Shown here: one piece after another, positions 53,081 through 64,000 of the stretch
Position numbering within the stretch: the first letter of the stretch is position 1
Layout: every line of letters starts with the position of its first letter
NCBI RefSeq assembly: GCF_001194135.2
Contig: NC_068985.1
Coordinates: forward strand, 73,311,516-73,375,515
Direction of reading: 5' to 3'
DNA: 64,000 nucleotides
Source of the DNA: Octopus bimaculoides
Lineage: Eukaryota
Notes under the pieces: model-generated
What the model was told of the DNA's origin: nothing
The model's input: only the letters and a program-made list of their open reading frames with translations
Databases searched by the model: none
Position numbers and translations under genes: made by a program

Positions 53081-54693
53081 NNNNNNNNNNNNNNNNNNNN
53101 NNNNNNNNNNNNNNNNNNNNNNNNNNNNNNNNNNNNNNNNNNNNNNNNNNNNNNNNNNNNNNNNNNNNNNNCACACACACACACAGATATATATAATGGG
53201 GTGGTCTTGTTTAATTCGGACAAGCCCAATTGTCTGATTCACTAAAAGCGTTTTAAAAATATGACGTAAGCTTTACATTTTCCCAAGTATATTAATGCCT
53301 TCAAGGAAATAGCGTTAAAAACCAATCTAAACTGCAACGTTTTAACTCGGCTTTGAAACGTCATATCTGTTGCATTGAAGCCTTTTAATTCTATTATTAG
53401 ATATATTTATTTGTTTCTGCATTTATGTATCATAGTTACATACAGAGGATAATAATACAAATACTGTATACGGACATTTTAGTTTCCATAATAATCAATA
53501 CAAACGGAAACTATAAGAATAACTGGCAATTCCAATGATATATATATATATATATATATATANNNNNNNNNNNNNNNNNNNNNNNNNNNNNNNNNNNNNN
53601 NNNNNNNNNNNNNNNNNNNNNNNNNNNNNNNNNNNNNNNNNNNNNNNNNNNNNNNNNNNNNNNNNNNNNNNNNNNNNNNNNNNNNNNNNNNNNNNNNNNN
53701 NNNNNNNNNNNNNNNNNNNNNNNNNNNNNNNNNNNNNNNNNNNNNNNNNNNNNNNNNNNNNNNNNNNNNNNNNNNNNNNNNNNNNNNNNNNNNNNNNNNN
53801 NNNNNNNNNNNNNNNNNNNNNNNNNNNNNNNNNNNNNNNNNNNNNNNNNNNNNNNNNNNNNNNNNNNNNNNNNNNNNNNNNNNNNNNNNNNNNNNNNNNN
53901 NNNNNNNNNNNNNNNNNNNNNNNNNNNNNNNNNNNNNNNNNNNNNNNNNNNNNNNNNNNNNNNNNNNNNNNNNNNNNNNNNNNNNNNNNNNNNNNNNNNN
54001 NNNNNNNNNNNNNNNNNNNNNNNNNNNNNNNNNNNNNNNNNNNNNNNNNNNNNNNNNNNNNNNNNNNNNNNNNNNNNNNNNNNNNNNNNNNNNNNNNNNN
54101 NNNNNNNNNNNNNNNNNNNNNNNNNNNNNNNNNNNNNNNNNNNNNNNNNNNNNNNNNNNNNNNNNNNNNNNNNNNNNNNNNNNNNNNNNNNNNNNNNNNN
54201 NNNNNNNNNNNNNNNNNNNNNNNNNNNNNNNNNNNNNNNNNNNNNNNNNNNNNNNNNNNNNNNNNNNNNNNNNNNNNNNNNNNNNNNNNNNNNNNNNNNN
54301 NNNNNNNNNNNNNNNNNNNNNTATATATATATATATATATGTAGATGTCTATGTATTTATACAGGAGTCTGTATAGGTATGCTTATATTTATACAGGTGT
54401 ACTCCTGGAAATCTTTGATACCTTTCTGGTTAACAAGTTTAATGTAGACCCTATGTAAAACAGTAATGCTATTGTTTAATTCAAAGACATAAATAATGTA
54501 CGGCTGCTGAACAGGTTGTGTTCAATTTTTCTAATATCTTTTACTTGCTTTTGAGGATGTATTCCGTCTTCTTTCATAGCAGCTGTTAGGCAGTATCGAA
54601 TTTTGAATGTGGCATTGTTAGTGTAATTTATACAAGGACAATATTTCGTTTTTGTATGATTGAACAACAATAGTAAATAAAAACAAATTAAAT

Positions 54694-54699
54694 TTTATT
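54694..54699 (-). terminator. Candidate distal polyadenylation signal of the GPCR transcript
   Basis: AATAAA on the minus strand followed by a U/GU-rich stretch (TTTGTTTTTATTTACTATTGTTGTT), which would give a ~3.2-kb 3'UTR. Other minus-strand AATAAA sites lie at 54848 and 56003. Confidence 0.3.
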
Positions 54700-57062
54700 T
54701 AATAAAGCTTATCGTAGCACAACGTGATATACTACTTTGGTAAGGCTCAAACAAAAATCCAGCAATATCAGAAAACAAATCAAACTGCAAATTACCCACG
54801 TAAATGTCCACGTTACATTATAAAATACCAGTCAGTGCAGCTACGTATTTATTCAAATAACCTAATTGTTAAAGCAAATTATAAACGGCACCGTTATCAT
54901 AAACTAGAGTAAACTGACACAATGAATACAACTGCTACAGTATAAGTAATTCTATGTGAGCGCATGACAGCAATGCGAGCATAGCAATTTTAAAGTAAGC
55001 ACATATCAGTTAAATAAAGCTCAAAATGACTTAAAACTAGTTAGTCTCTAAACAGTGTTTCTTTGTCATAACATTCGCCCCTGGATTATTTAAAATTTAC
55101 AATCACTGTTTAAAATGCTGTATACCAATGCATTCGCCTGTGCTTAATCCTGTAGTCGATCACTGCGCGTGTATTAAAAAAAAAAGGCCTATGAAAGCCA
55201 GAACTTTCCCTATAATATATTTTTGTAGAAGCCCTGAACAGCCCTGCAGATGCTACAAAAGTTACAAACCGATGTAATATTCTCAGAAAATTGTACCATT
55301 AATTGACATACTTACCCTTCAGAAAAAAAGAAAAAAAACCCGGAAGGTATTACAACCATATGATGAGCTTCTTGCCTCGTTGCTTGTCTGATGAAAATTT
55401 CTAATTAAGCAGGCAAGTTCACATTGTTGACGAGATTTCTATTAAAATTTCAGTGTTGGTTTTAAACCACTAATCTCACTTTTACAATTCTCACTTTGGA
55501 GCAACAAAAATCTCATTTTGAAATCATCAATATCATTCTGAAGTGGCAAGATCTCACTTCAAAGTACAATGTGCTTACTAGGGATTACAAGTACCGAGGT
55601 AAGAAAAGATTTCACGTTAACTTGTTATAGTTTATAATTTCAATTGACATTATGGAAGTTGCAAACGTCCATGTACAGTCTACGTTGCTAATTGTTTTAT
55701 TAATATCAATAGATGTCAATCAGTACACTATATCACCTCCATATACATCATTAAACCACTTATCAATATTCCAGTTCCATAAATCACCATTCTACACGCT
55801 ATTGAATTCATCAGGGAATCTTAAATTTCCACTTATATATGACAAAATATTAAAGGCTTAAACAAACGCAAGATGGTAGAATGACGTCTTATATAATTTA
55901 TAACACCTTGAATATTAAGTGTAATACTTTACTCAAATTTGATTGGTAGTGTAGATATATACACAGATGCCAATGATATAACATAATGCCAAAAACAACT
56001 TGTTTATTAATTTTATAAATATGTTCAAAGGACAAAGACAGTTGTAAAATATATCCACTTATCTACTCGAAAATTTCCTGATAAAATTAATTTTAATGGG
56101 TGTAAGTTACTCAAAATTTTCCATCCAGTGTCATATGGGAAATCAATGTTTTTCACTGCCTGTCAAATACATACAAGGAAGATGGCTTAGAAATATTTCT
56201 GCATTGCACTTGTTAACCAGATTATACAGGCGTGTTCTAAATTCACGTTTCGCGAAGAAAAACTGCAAACAGCGAAATACTACTCTAACCTTCTCATCTA
56301 CTCTCGTTCTGTCTCCCTTTCACTCAGCTCACACACATGCATACACAAACACACACACACTACGCACGCACGAACACACACTCGCACACACGAATGCATA
56401 GGCACATACTCAGACACACAAAAATGCACACGCACATATATGCGCGCGCACTCATACACACACACATACACAAACATGTTTCAGCATGCACACACACATA
56501 TTTGAAATTTTTTACTTAATATGATCGATGATAGAAGAACTGAATGATAAGTGTACTCAACAAAAATTGATATTCTACCGAATCTAAACAGAAAATGCAC
56601 ATGCACTAACAATATATTCCCAAACAAGTTCACATTCAAAAAACATATTGGTAAAGTAGAATTATTTCTATGTACATATAAAATTGAATGTATATATATA
56701 TATANNNNNNNNNNNNNNNNNNNNNNNNNNNNNNNNNNNNNNNNNNNNNNNNNNNNNNNNNNNNNNNNNNNNNNNNNNNNNNNNNNNNNNNNNNNNNNNN
56801 NNNNNNNNNNNNNNNNNNNNNNNNNNNNNNNNNNNNNNNNNNNNNNNNNNNNNNNNNNNNNNNNNNNNNNNNNNNNNNNNNNNNNNNNNNNNNNNNNNNN
56901 NNNNNNNNNNNNNNNNNNNNNNNNNNNNNNNNNNNNNNNNNNNNNNNNNNNNNNNNNNNNNNNNNNNNNNNNNNNNNNNNNNNNNNNNNNNNNNNNNNNN
57001 NNNNNNNNNNNNNNNNNNNNNNNNNNNNNNNNNNNNNNNNNNNNNNNNNNNNNNNNNNNNNN

Positions 57063-57100
<38 letters not shown>

Positions 57101-57112
57101 TACTCAATTATG

Positions 57113-57162
<50 letters not shown>

Positions 57163-57290
57163 TATATGCACATATAAATACATATATATAAACATACATA
57201 TATATATACATATATATATACGTATATACATTTATATATATTTACTTATATATACGTATCTGTATGCATGTCTATACGTGTGTATATTTA
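57063..57290. repeat. (TA)n/(TATG)n-rich microsatellite
   Basis: Directly visible, adjoining a gap. Confidence 0.95.
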
Positions 57291-57615
57291 TGAAGTAGAT
57301 ATGTTACCTAGTTGTCTCTACTTATAATATATTATACAGTTAGCGTTTTTAAAGAAAGGAATAAAAATCGTGTGTGACCGTTACATCCACATCATTACAT
57401 GGGCATAAAAGTGACCATTCAGCCATATATAAAAAAAGCAACAACGACACTTTAACACTTCTAAAAACGAGTGTGCACTGTGGTGTATATGTTATGTGTG
57501 TTGACATTTAATATTTGAAAGTGTCCAACAGAAGCAACACGCATTTATACATGTGCATACGCTTGGACTTATTTACACATACACATATACATACACAAGC
57601 ACTCACACACACACA

Positions 57616-57646
<31 letters not shown>

Positions 57647-57845
57647 GCATATATAGTCAATATATTTTATGCATTAATATATATCTTCAGGTGTTTAAAC
57701 TTTTACAACTTATGTCCGATATTATTTTTGAATGTATTCTATCTTCTATGTTGGTTCTACTGTAGTCTTGCAGGTTAACAGCTCTACATTTTGCATCTTG
57801 GCTTATCCTTTCAAATAGAAATAGTCCGCAGAATATAAAATTGCT

Positions 57846-59039
57846 TCAAAGCTTTGTTTCATCTGTAGTAACGATTGTTCTGCCGTTTTCAGTTGGCAAT
57901 GTCATGTATTGGGAACTTTCTCGATCAATCGGTAATGGGCCGCCGCAAAACATGCGTTTGAATGTGTTTCGAAACTGTTTGCTCATGGCACAATATATAA
58001 AGAAGTTTAATGGGTACGATAACATGATCATCATGTTTATTATGGAACTGGTCACAAAGATAACGTTGTCCGGAAAAATGCTGATTTTTAACGTGTTCTG
58101 CAGGATAGTAATTATCATTAAAATACCCAGGGGAACCTCAACCAGCAAAAATAAAAAGACAACTGCAACTAACATCAGAGTTGTGCAATTTGTATCTTTA
58201 ATCTTTTTGGATTCGTTTCGTTTGTTTTGTTTAATCAATAATTTCCTCCGCCTCTTAGCAAGTGTCATGGCATGTATAAGCATACCGTTGAGCACAACTA
58301 ACGCTGTGCACGGTATTAAATGAACGAATATCACGCGAAACCAGAAATATACATTATAGTATAAATCTATCCAATTGACAAGCCACTGTGACCGAAGAAT
58401 ATAGCAACCAATAACCGTTTGGTTTCTATGAAGCAACGACATCAGCTCAACTGATTCAAAGTCATATTCAAAAAATCTTGTAAGGTGGAAAAGAATGGCA
58501 ATGAAGTATATAGCAACAGTTCCCTTGATAACGTTATTTATAGTACACCAAGTACGTGCACGGAACGAATGGCAGATATATATGTAACGCTGTATTGCCA
58601 GAGTGAGGGTTAACCAGATTGAAGCTGTGTGGAATATAGTGGGTATATATAGTGTAAATACGTGGTAGATTCTGCAACACCAGTTTGGTACATAATCTTG
58701 ATAATAGCCTGCTGCGTAGAAATAAAGATACAAGGGCATAGGTATAACTCCAGTAAACATGTCAGATAACGCCATACCAATAAGCACACAGTTTGTAGGG
58801 GATTTCATGTTTCTTTTCATGAGAACGATCACTACTAGGGAGTTTGTAATAATTGTGATGACAGCGACAGGCGGAGCTATATAACCGAGGATAGGTACAG
58901 CAATTTCATCAATTGATTCTCTTTTAATTATAAAAGGATAAGTGTTTCTCAGTATAGACGGAGAAGTTGTTTCCCAGTCTGTACTGGAATCTGTATTTGT
59001 CATCTCCTCTTTCATCAGGTAATCACTTGTTACAGACAT
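57846..59039 (-). CDS. SPR: Class A (rhodopsin-like) neuropeptide GPCR, sex peptide receptor / myoinhibitory peptide (allatostatin-B/Wamide) receptor family, 397 aa, single coding exon
   Basis: Uninterrupted ORF with seven hydrophobic segments. SPR-type motifs: MKSPTNCVLIGMALSDMFT, PTIFHTASIWLTLTLAIQRYIYICH (QRY for DRY), YFWFRVIFVHLIPC, TTLMLVAVV..FLLVEVP, LSYPLNFFIYCAMSKQFR.TF. Cys at the top of TM3 and in ECL2. C-terminus ETKL. The ligand is inferred from family only. Confidence 0.93.
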   Translation of the reverse strand: MSVTSDYLMKEEMTNTDSSTDWETTSPSILRNTYPFIIKRESIDEIAVPILGYIAPPVAVITIITNSLVVIVLMKRNMKSPTNCVLIGMALSDMFTGVIPMPLYLYFYAAGYYQDYVPNWCCRIYHVFTLYIPTIFHTASIWLTLTLAIQRYIYICHSFRARTWCTINNVIKGTVAIYFIAILFHLTRFFEYDFESVELMSLLHRNQTVIGCYILRSQWLVNWIDLYYNVYFWFRVIFVHLIPCTALVVLNGMLIHAMTLAKRRRKLLIKQNKRNESKKIKDTNCTTLMLVAVVFLFLLVEVPLGILMIITILQNTLKISIFPDNVIFVTSSIINMMIMLSYPLNFFIYCAMSKQFRNTFKRMFCGGPLPIDRESSQYMTLPTENGRTIVTTDETKL

Positions 59040-59054
59040 TGCCGTTAAATTTAT

Positions 59055-59081
59055 TTATTTCTTTTGGTTTGTATTGCACAT
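59055..59081 (-). promoter_or_regulatory. 8-codon upstream ORF (MCNTNQKK*) in the 5'UTR of the GPCR
   Basis: ATG at 59081-59079 and TAA at 59057-59055, in frame with and ending 15 nt before the main ATG. Confidence 0.6.
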
Positions 59082-59127
59082 CTTTTCGATTTTGTATCTT
59101 TTCCAGAATTTCAAGTCGAATTATATT

Positions 59128-59150
59128 CTGCAAAAAGAAATGAAGAACAA
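59128..59150 (-). promoter_or_regulatory. Splice acceptor (polypyrimidine tract plus CAG) preceding the GPCR coding exon
   Basis: Minus strand TTGTTCTTCATTTCTTTTTGCAG|AATAT, 88 nt upstream of the ATG. This implies at least one untranslated upstream exon. Confidence 0.7.
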
Positions 59151-59530
59151 TAATTATGGTTTTTAAAGCAACAGTGTTTTAGTTATGTCTAATCAATCAA
59201 GTTTGAAAAGTGAAATTACATTCAAGTCAAAAACTTTAGTCTCTAAGATGATTTCAGTTGAAATTAACAATAGATCATGAATTATCCCGAAGCAATATTT
59301 ATGGCACTAGATTTCTCATTTGATTGCCCTCAGAGTCTGACTGAATAATCTTTTTGAATACATCTGCTCATCTAAGCGCGCGCGCACACACACGCATACG
59401 TACACACTCACATACAAATACATACACTGTAGACGAACTTTCTCTTACACAGAGAAAATCAGCATCTTTGTGTTTCTATCTATCTGTTCTCTACCTATAT
59501 GCAAATAGACACACACACACACATATTTTT

Positions 59531-59775
59531 AAAATGAGTAGAGATGGCTGTTTTTGGACAATTTTAATTTTAATTTTAATAGTAATGTTTATAATGAGTG
59601 ACTCTGGTTGAGTTTGAAGCTTCAAATAGCCGTTTTCAAACAAAAATAAAGCATTCTTTTCTTTTTCAGTTTCAAAACTGCTATTTGAAGCTTGAAACTC
59701 ATACCAGTATCATTCACTGTAAACATTATTATTAAAATAAAGGTTATCTCCAAAAATGCCATCTCTACTAATTTT
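59531..59775. mobile_element. Foldback/palindromic MITE-like element (~105-bp imperfect arms, 27-nt spacer)
   Basis: Arm 59537-59641 (AGTAGAGATGGC...GAAGCTTCAAATAGCCGTTTTCAAAC) is reverse-complementary to 59669-59769. Confidence 0.88.
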
Positions 59776-61631
59776 TTCAAATATATAATACTGTACCCAG
59801 AACTTTCTTTTCATTATTCTTATTACATATATATATATATATCTAAGAACATGCACATGCACTCACATGACTTTACATATATATGCACATGTAACTTAAT
59901 GTGTATATATGATTGTATTCATACTTCTTCCTATATCTTGCAATCTGTATGTCTGTCTTTCAACATATTTTCTTACAATTTTTATCATTCCCCCTCTACA
60001 CACTCATGCATACAAAAACGTGAAAACAGTTAAAATTATTTTTAAATACTCTACTTCGAGATTTCGTTTAATTAGTTTTCATTGTAGAATTCTAAATTAA
60101 AAGAAATATTATATTATATTATCCTAGAAAAATTCTTTGGCAAGTTCAGATTCATATCGTTTCGAATCCAAGGTTTTCTCTTCAGAGTCAGAAATCCTGT
60201 TAGTTTAGTTCAGATGCTAACAGCTGTAAGTACGGTACGAATTTAAATACAGCTCACATATCACTGTGGTATTGTTGCTATACATATAACCAGTTTAGGT
60301 AAGCAGATGCATAGAATCTGGGTGAATGGCAAATATAAAAATAACTTACTCAACAACCGAATGAAATCATCAGCATACATTAATATAGTTCTCCCTCTCT
60401 GACCTACTGAAGCAATGGTTTTTTTGTTTTTGCAAACGCTCGCTTGACATTGGCTAATTTTGTAAGGTAATGAAACACTAAGAAGATACTAAAATAATTT
60501 AATCTACGATTTAAACGTTCTAAGTGGAAATAGCTACAATAATCACTGAGATTTTATAACAAATGTCTTTATTTACGCTGTTTTGAGCTGATAACCTAAT
60601 GATTCTTCAGTAAGTTTTCTGACAATACTCAGTTTAAGTTCATAAATGGGCGTGACTTACAACTTACTGGTTGCTTTACAGGTATTCAGTCGGGTTAATG
60701 CGAATGTATCATAAAATATATGGTCAAGGAGACGTCAATTAAAATGTCTAAACTTTAAACTAAAGAAAAACTCTTTAAACAACATGAGAAATATTGCAAC
60801 CTAATCCGAGCGGAAACAGGTTTCAGTGGACAAATGCATCCCAAAGAACCATTTATCAAGGAGAGTAATGTTAAAATTTGGACGTATTATGATTCTGGTG
60901 ATTTTCCCAATAATAGAAGGAAATATTCCAGGAATAGATGTACAGAATGTAATTGGAAATTTAATCATAACACGAGTAGTATGTTTGGGTCAGCGGACAC
61001 AGACACCCTCAACTAATAGAGAGTTAGATAAGCGGAATGAAAATAAACATAGCAGTTCGCGCAGTAACACTAGTTCGAGTAAATCTATTGATAATTCTAA
61101 CCGCACCCCAAAGAATAGGTCTAATGTTAATAAATAGCAACTGGAGGAAGATAAGAAGAATGATGACAGAGATAGCCATAATCATCAAAATAGATTTGCT
61201 CGTCATGCGGGAAGACTAGCCTACACCGAAATAGTATGTTGTAAGTAGCAGTAAATGCAGTAACTCTAAAGAAAGGAGAGATAGATAAGAACAAGTAGTC
61301 TGGTATATGCTCAAATTCACACTAAAATCGCGAGAAAATTCTTCACGGCCTTTGAGAAGCGTTTCCCGCCATCAAGCCGATACGGGAAGTTGTTTAGTAA
61401 GCATTCAGTTAAGATTACATATTCAACACTTAGGAACTTGGCGCAAGTCATAGCTTCTCAGAACATCCGTAGATTTAAAGAGTTCATACTTAACGATACA
61501 ATAGGCTTAAGTAGTAAGAAAAAGTGTAGAAGCATGATAAACATGCTAATAAAAAGAACAATAATGGGGAAAAGGACAACAACAACATCAGTGGTAATGA
61601 AAGTAGTGGTGGAATTAATAATGATAATAAT

Positions 61632-61820
61632 CCTTTCTATTGTAGGCACAAGGCCTGAAATTTGGGGGAAGAGATTAAGGCGATTCCGTCAACCCCAGTG
61701 CGCAACTGGTACTTATTTAATCGATCCCCGAAAGGATGAAAGGCAAACTCGATCTCGGCGGAATTTGAACTCAGAACGTAGCGACGAGCGAAATACCGCT
61801 AAGCATTTCGTCCAGCGTGC
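61632..61820 (-). mobile_element. Nin/Deu-core tRNA SINE, head-truncated
   Basis: Matches 37533-37749. Confidence 0.9.
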
Positions 61821-62035
61821 CTTATTATTAATAATAATAACAATGAGGATGATATGAATAACAATAAGCATAATAGAAACAGGTATAATTTTAGTAGTAG
61901 TAGCAACAACAACAGCAATAATAATAGTAGTAACAGTAATAATGATAGTAGTAATAATAGTAGTAGTATTAGTAACAATAACAACAACAACAATAGCAGT
62001 AGCAACAATAAAAACAACAACAACAATAATAATGA
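61821..62035. repeat. Mixed (AAT)/(AGT)/(AAC) trinucleotide array
   Basis: Directly visible. Confidence 0.93.
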
Positions 62036-62040
62036 TTTAA

Positions 62041-62247
62041 AATTTTGGCACAATGCCAGCAATTTCAGGGTCGGAGATAAATCGATTACGTCGACCTCAG
62101 TGATCAATTGGTACTTATTTTATCGACCTCGAAAGGATTAAAAGCAAAGTCGACCTCGGTGGAATTTGATCTCAGAACGTAAGGACGGACGAAATGCCGC
62201 TAAGAATTTTTCCTAGCGCATTAACGATTTTGCTAGGTCACCGCCTT
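62041..62247 (-). mobile_element. Nin/Deu-core tRNA SINE, full length
   Basis: Matches 37533-37749 including the head (ttaacgattttgctaggtcaccgcctt). Confidence 0.88.
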
Positions 62248-63845
62248 AACAGCAAGAGCAACAGCGAGATCAGCAACAACAGCAGCAACAACAACAGTTG
62301 TTACTGTATCGACCCTAATAAATGTCCATTAGATGAAGAATATCTTAAGAACTCGGTTTATATATACCCGAGTATGATGGATAACACAGTTTACCATTAC
62401 ATAGGCTATTGTACAACAATTTTAAAATCTCGATATCACAACTACGTGTCATCATTTACACATAAGAGTAAAGAAAGATCGACCTCATTAAGCAAGCTAA
62501 TTTGGAAGCTTAAAAATAAACTAAGTGTAGTATTAAGTGTCTAACATTGAGCAGTGCTCCTCCTTACGACGTACGGAAAACTAACTGTACTTTACCTAGA
62601 AGAGTAATGTTAAGAGTATAACATCCTGGATAAGAGGCAAGAATTAGCGGTAACATGTAAGCAATTTTTATAACAAGACTTTTAGATTATTCCCTCAATA
62701 ATTAATCATGAGAACAAAAGGACATGAAAACACCTGCATATTTTCCAAGCCCAAAATTTTAGAGATCATACGTTTTTCGTTGAAATGGTAATTGTTAATT
62801 TTCTCGATTGCTTGTATTATAGAATTCTTTTCGGTCTTCCTTCTCATTGTTTATTTGATGATAAAAAATATCGTTTTTATTTTCATTTTTTATTATCACA
62901 TCCATTCCCCTAATTTTCCCTTTTTAGTTTTATTTTTTAATTCTTTTTGTTGCATTTGCTTTGCTTCGTTTTATCCGATTTTGTATTGGGTTTATCTTCT
63001 TCACTAAGCACTTATGTAATTTACTCTACCACTCTATTTAAGAATCATATCTTAGACTTCCTATTGCAGCTGTACCAAAGATACTTAATCCTAATTTTGG
63101 ATTACATGTAGTCTTAGTCTAATTGCTTCTGTACCTGTTGTAGCTCATATATACTTATAATATCTGATTATTAGTTCCACTTCTGTTAAATATTTTTAAT
63201 TATATAGATTCTTGGTAATTAATTAGATTGATGTTGATACTTGATGCTTAAAACAATGGGCACTCTTGGTCATTATATTTGCAAATACTCGGGCTGACAT
63301 AATTTCCAAAAATATAGTAGTAAATGCCAAAAGCCTGGTATTGACTATAACGAGGTTGTGGGATAGCTAATTTCTTTACTGGATATCAATACCTTTCACC
63401 CGTGGTAAGAGAGAACTATAGCTTAAGTTTGATGGCTAGAAACAAGCGACCTAGTTCTGTATAAATACCACCGAACAAATTCCATCTTTCTTTTCTTTTT
63501 ATCCTTTTTGGCAGTTGAGTTATTATGGTTCTGATGAAGATATCACTGTGTGGGTCGTTCTCTATATTTTTAATCGATCAATTGATAAAATTGAATGATG
63601 AATGCACCCAAAGATATATCTGAAACAACTCAAAGCCAATGAATAAATGAATAAATCTATATAACCTATTATTTCTGTCCATTCTGTGTGTGCATATATA
63701 TATATATATATATATGGGATAATGGAGGGATAATGGACTGGCTGGCCTATGTAGGTTCGGAGGTGTTTTCAAGTTGTGCCGATGCATGATGTTCACTCGG
63801 TCATGCATGCACAATTGCTAGCATCGTCGAATTTGCAACTGGAAT

Positions 63846-63904
63846 ATCATACTGATGAGGAAATGGAGTGTTTATCGCTCCTAAGCCAGAAACGCGTCTA
63901 TGAT
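63846..63904 (+). ncRNA. Type I hammerhead ribozyme motif (Penelope-associated type), one core-adjacent deviation
   Basis: Stem I ATCATA/TATGAT; core CTGATGA (63852-58); stem II GG..CC plus GGAGTG/CGCTCC hairpin; GAAA (63889-92); minimal palindromic stem III AC-GC-GT; GUC cleavage triplet ending 63898. An extra A at 63888 breaks the usual G10.1-C11.1 pair. Confidence 0.7.
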
Positions 63905-64000
63905 TAACTTCGACTGGTTAGTTTTCGTTGTTTTTTCTTCTTGTTTTGCCTTTGTGAGTTACAAGTAATGCTATCTGTTGGAGTCTCAGCATTTTAGCTG

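Larger units (their letters stand above)
61190..62700 (+). mobile_element. Penelope-like element relic (RT C-terminal linker plus GIY-YIG endonuclease), interrupted by two SINEs and a trinucleotide array
   Basis: VVWY..IHTKIARKFFTAFEKRFPPSSRYGKLFSKHSVKITYSTLRNLAQVIASQN; CYCIDPNKCPLDEEYLKNSVY..HYIGYCTTILKSRYHNYVSSF..STSLSKLIWKLK; SSAPPY; LDKRQELAVTCK. This is a different PLE lineage from 22655-23530. Confidence 0.85.

Noticed and set aside
55370-55430. Hairpin CTTGCCT..TGCTT / AAGCAGGCAAG around CTGATGAAA (SECIS- or hammerhead-like)
   Set aside because: It does not satisfy SECIS or hammerhead core geometry, and no UGA-containing ORF lies on that strand.
57841-58323. 160-aa ORF on + overlapping the GPCR
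   Set aside because: It is the antisense shadow of the GPCR CDS, with no recognisable motifs.
60790-61140. Short ORFs 60826-61137 and 60834-61016 upstream of the Penelope relic
   Set aside because: They show no recognisable domain or splice structure. They may belong to the PLE, but this is unsupported.
61799-62141. Poly-Leu (-) and poly-Asn/Ser (+) ORFs
   Set aside because: They are products of the AAT/AGT/AAC trinucleotide array.
63412-63457. AGAACTA/TAGTTCT stem enclosing GAAAC, hammerhead-like
   Set aside because: There is no CUGANGA box at the required position.

Overview
This is an AT-rich, microsatellite-dense eukaryotic draft-assembly window with 10 N-gaps. The SINE families and the gene suggest an octopus/coleoid cephalopod (inference). 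I can support one intact host gene: a single-coding-exon class A GPCR of the sex-peptide/myoinhibitory-peptide receptor (SPR/MIPR) family at 57846-59039 (-). It has a splice acceptor and an 8-codon uORF just upstream. The rest is mostly decayed transposons: RTE LINEs, a CRE-clade LINE, two or three Penelope-like elements, Tc1/mariner pieces, an hAT element with both ends and an 8-bp TSD, a Helitron with both termini, a Gypsy gag fragment, at least three tRNA-derived SINE families and a foldback MITE. The most unusual observations are a type I hammerhead ribozyme motif at 63846-63904, a SINE with a twin-priming-like 5' inversion, a ~100-bp-arm foldback in the GPCR 5' intron, a Penelope>hAT>SINE nest, a mariner built from two 5' ends, and a locally templated insertion flanked by 17-bp direct repeats. 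I found no convincing wholly new biological system. All family assignments come from manual translation and recalled motifs, not database searches.
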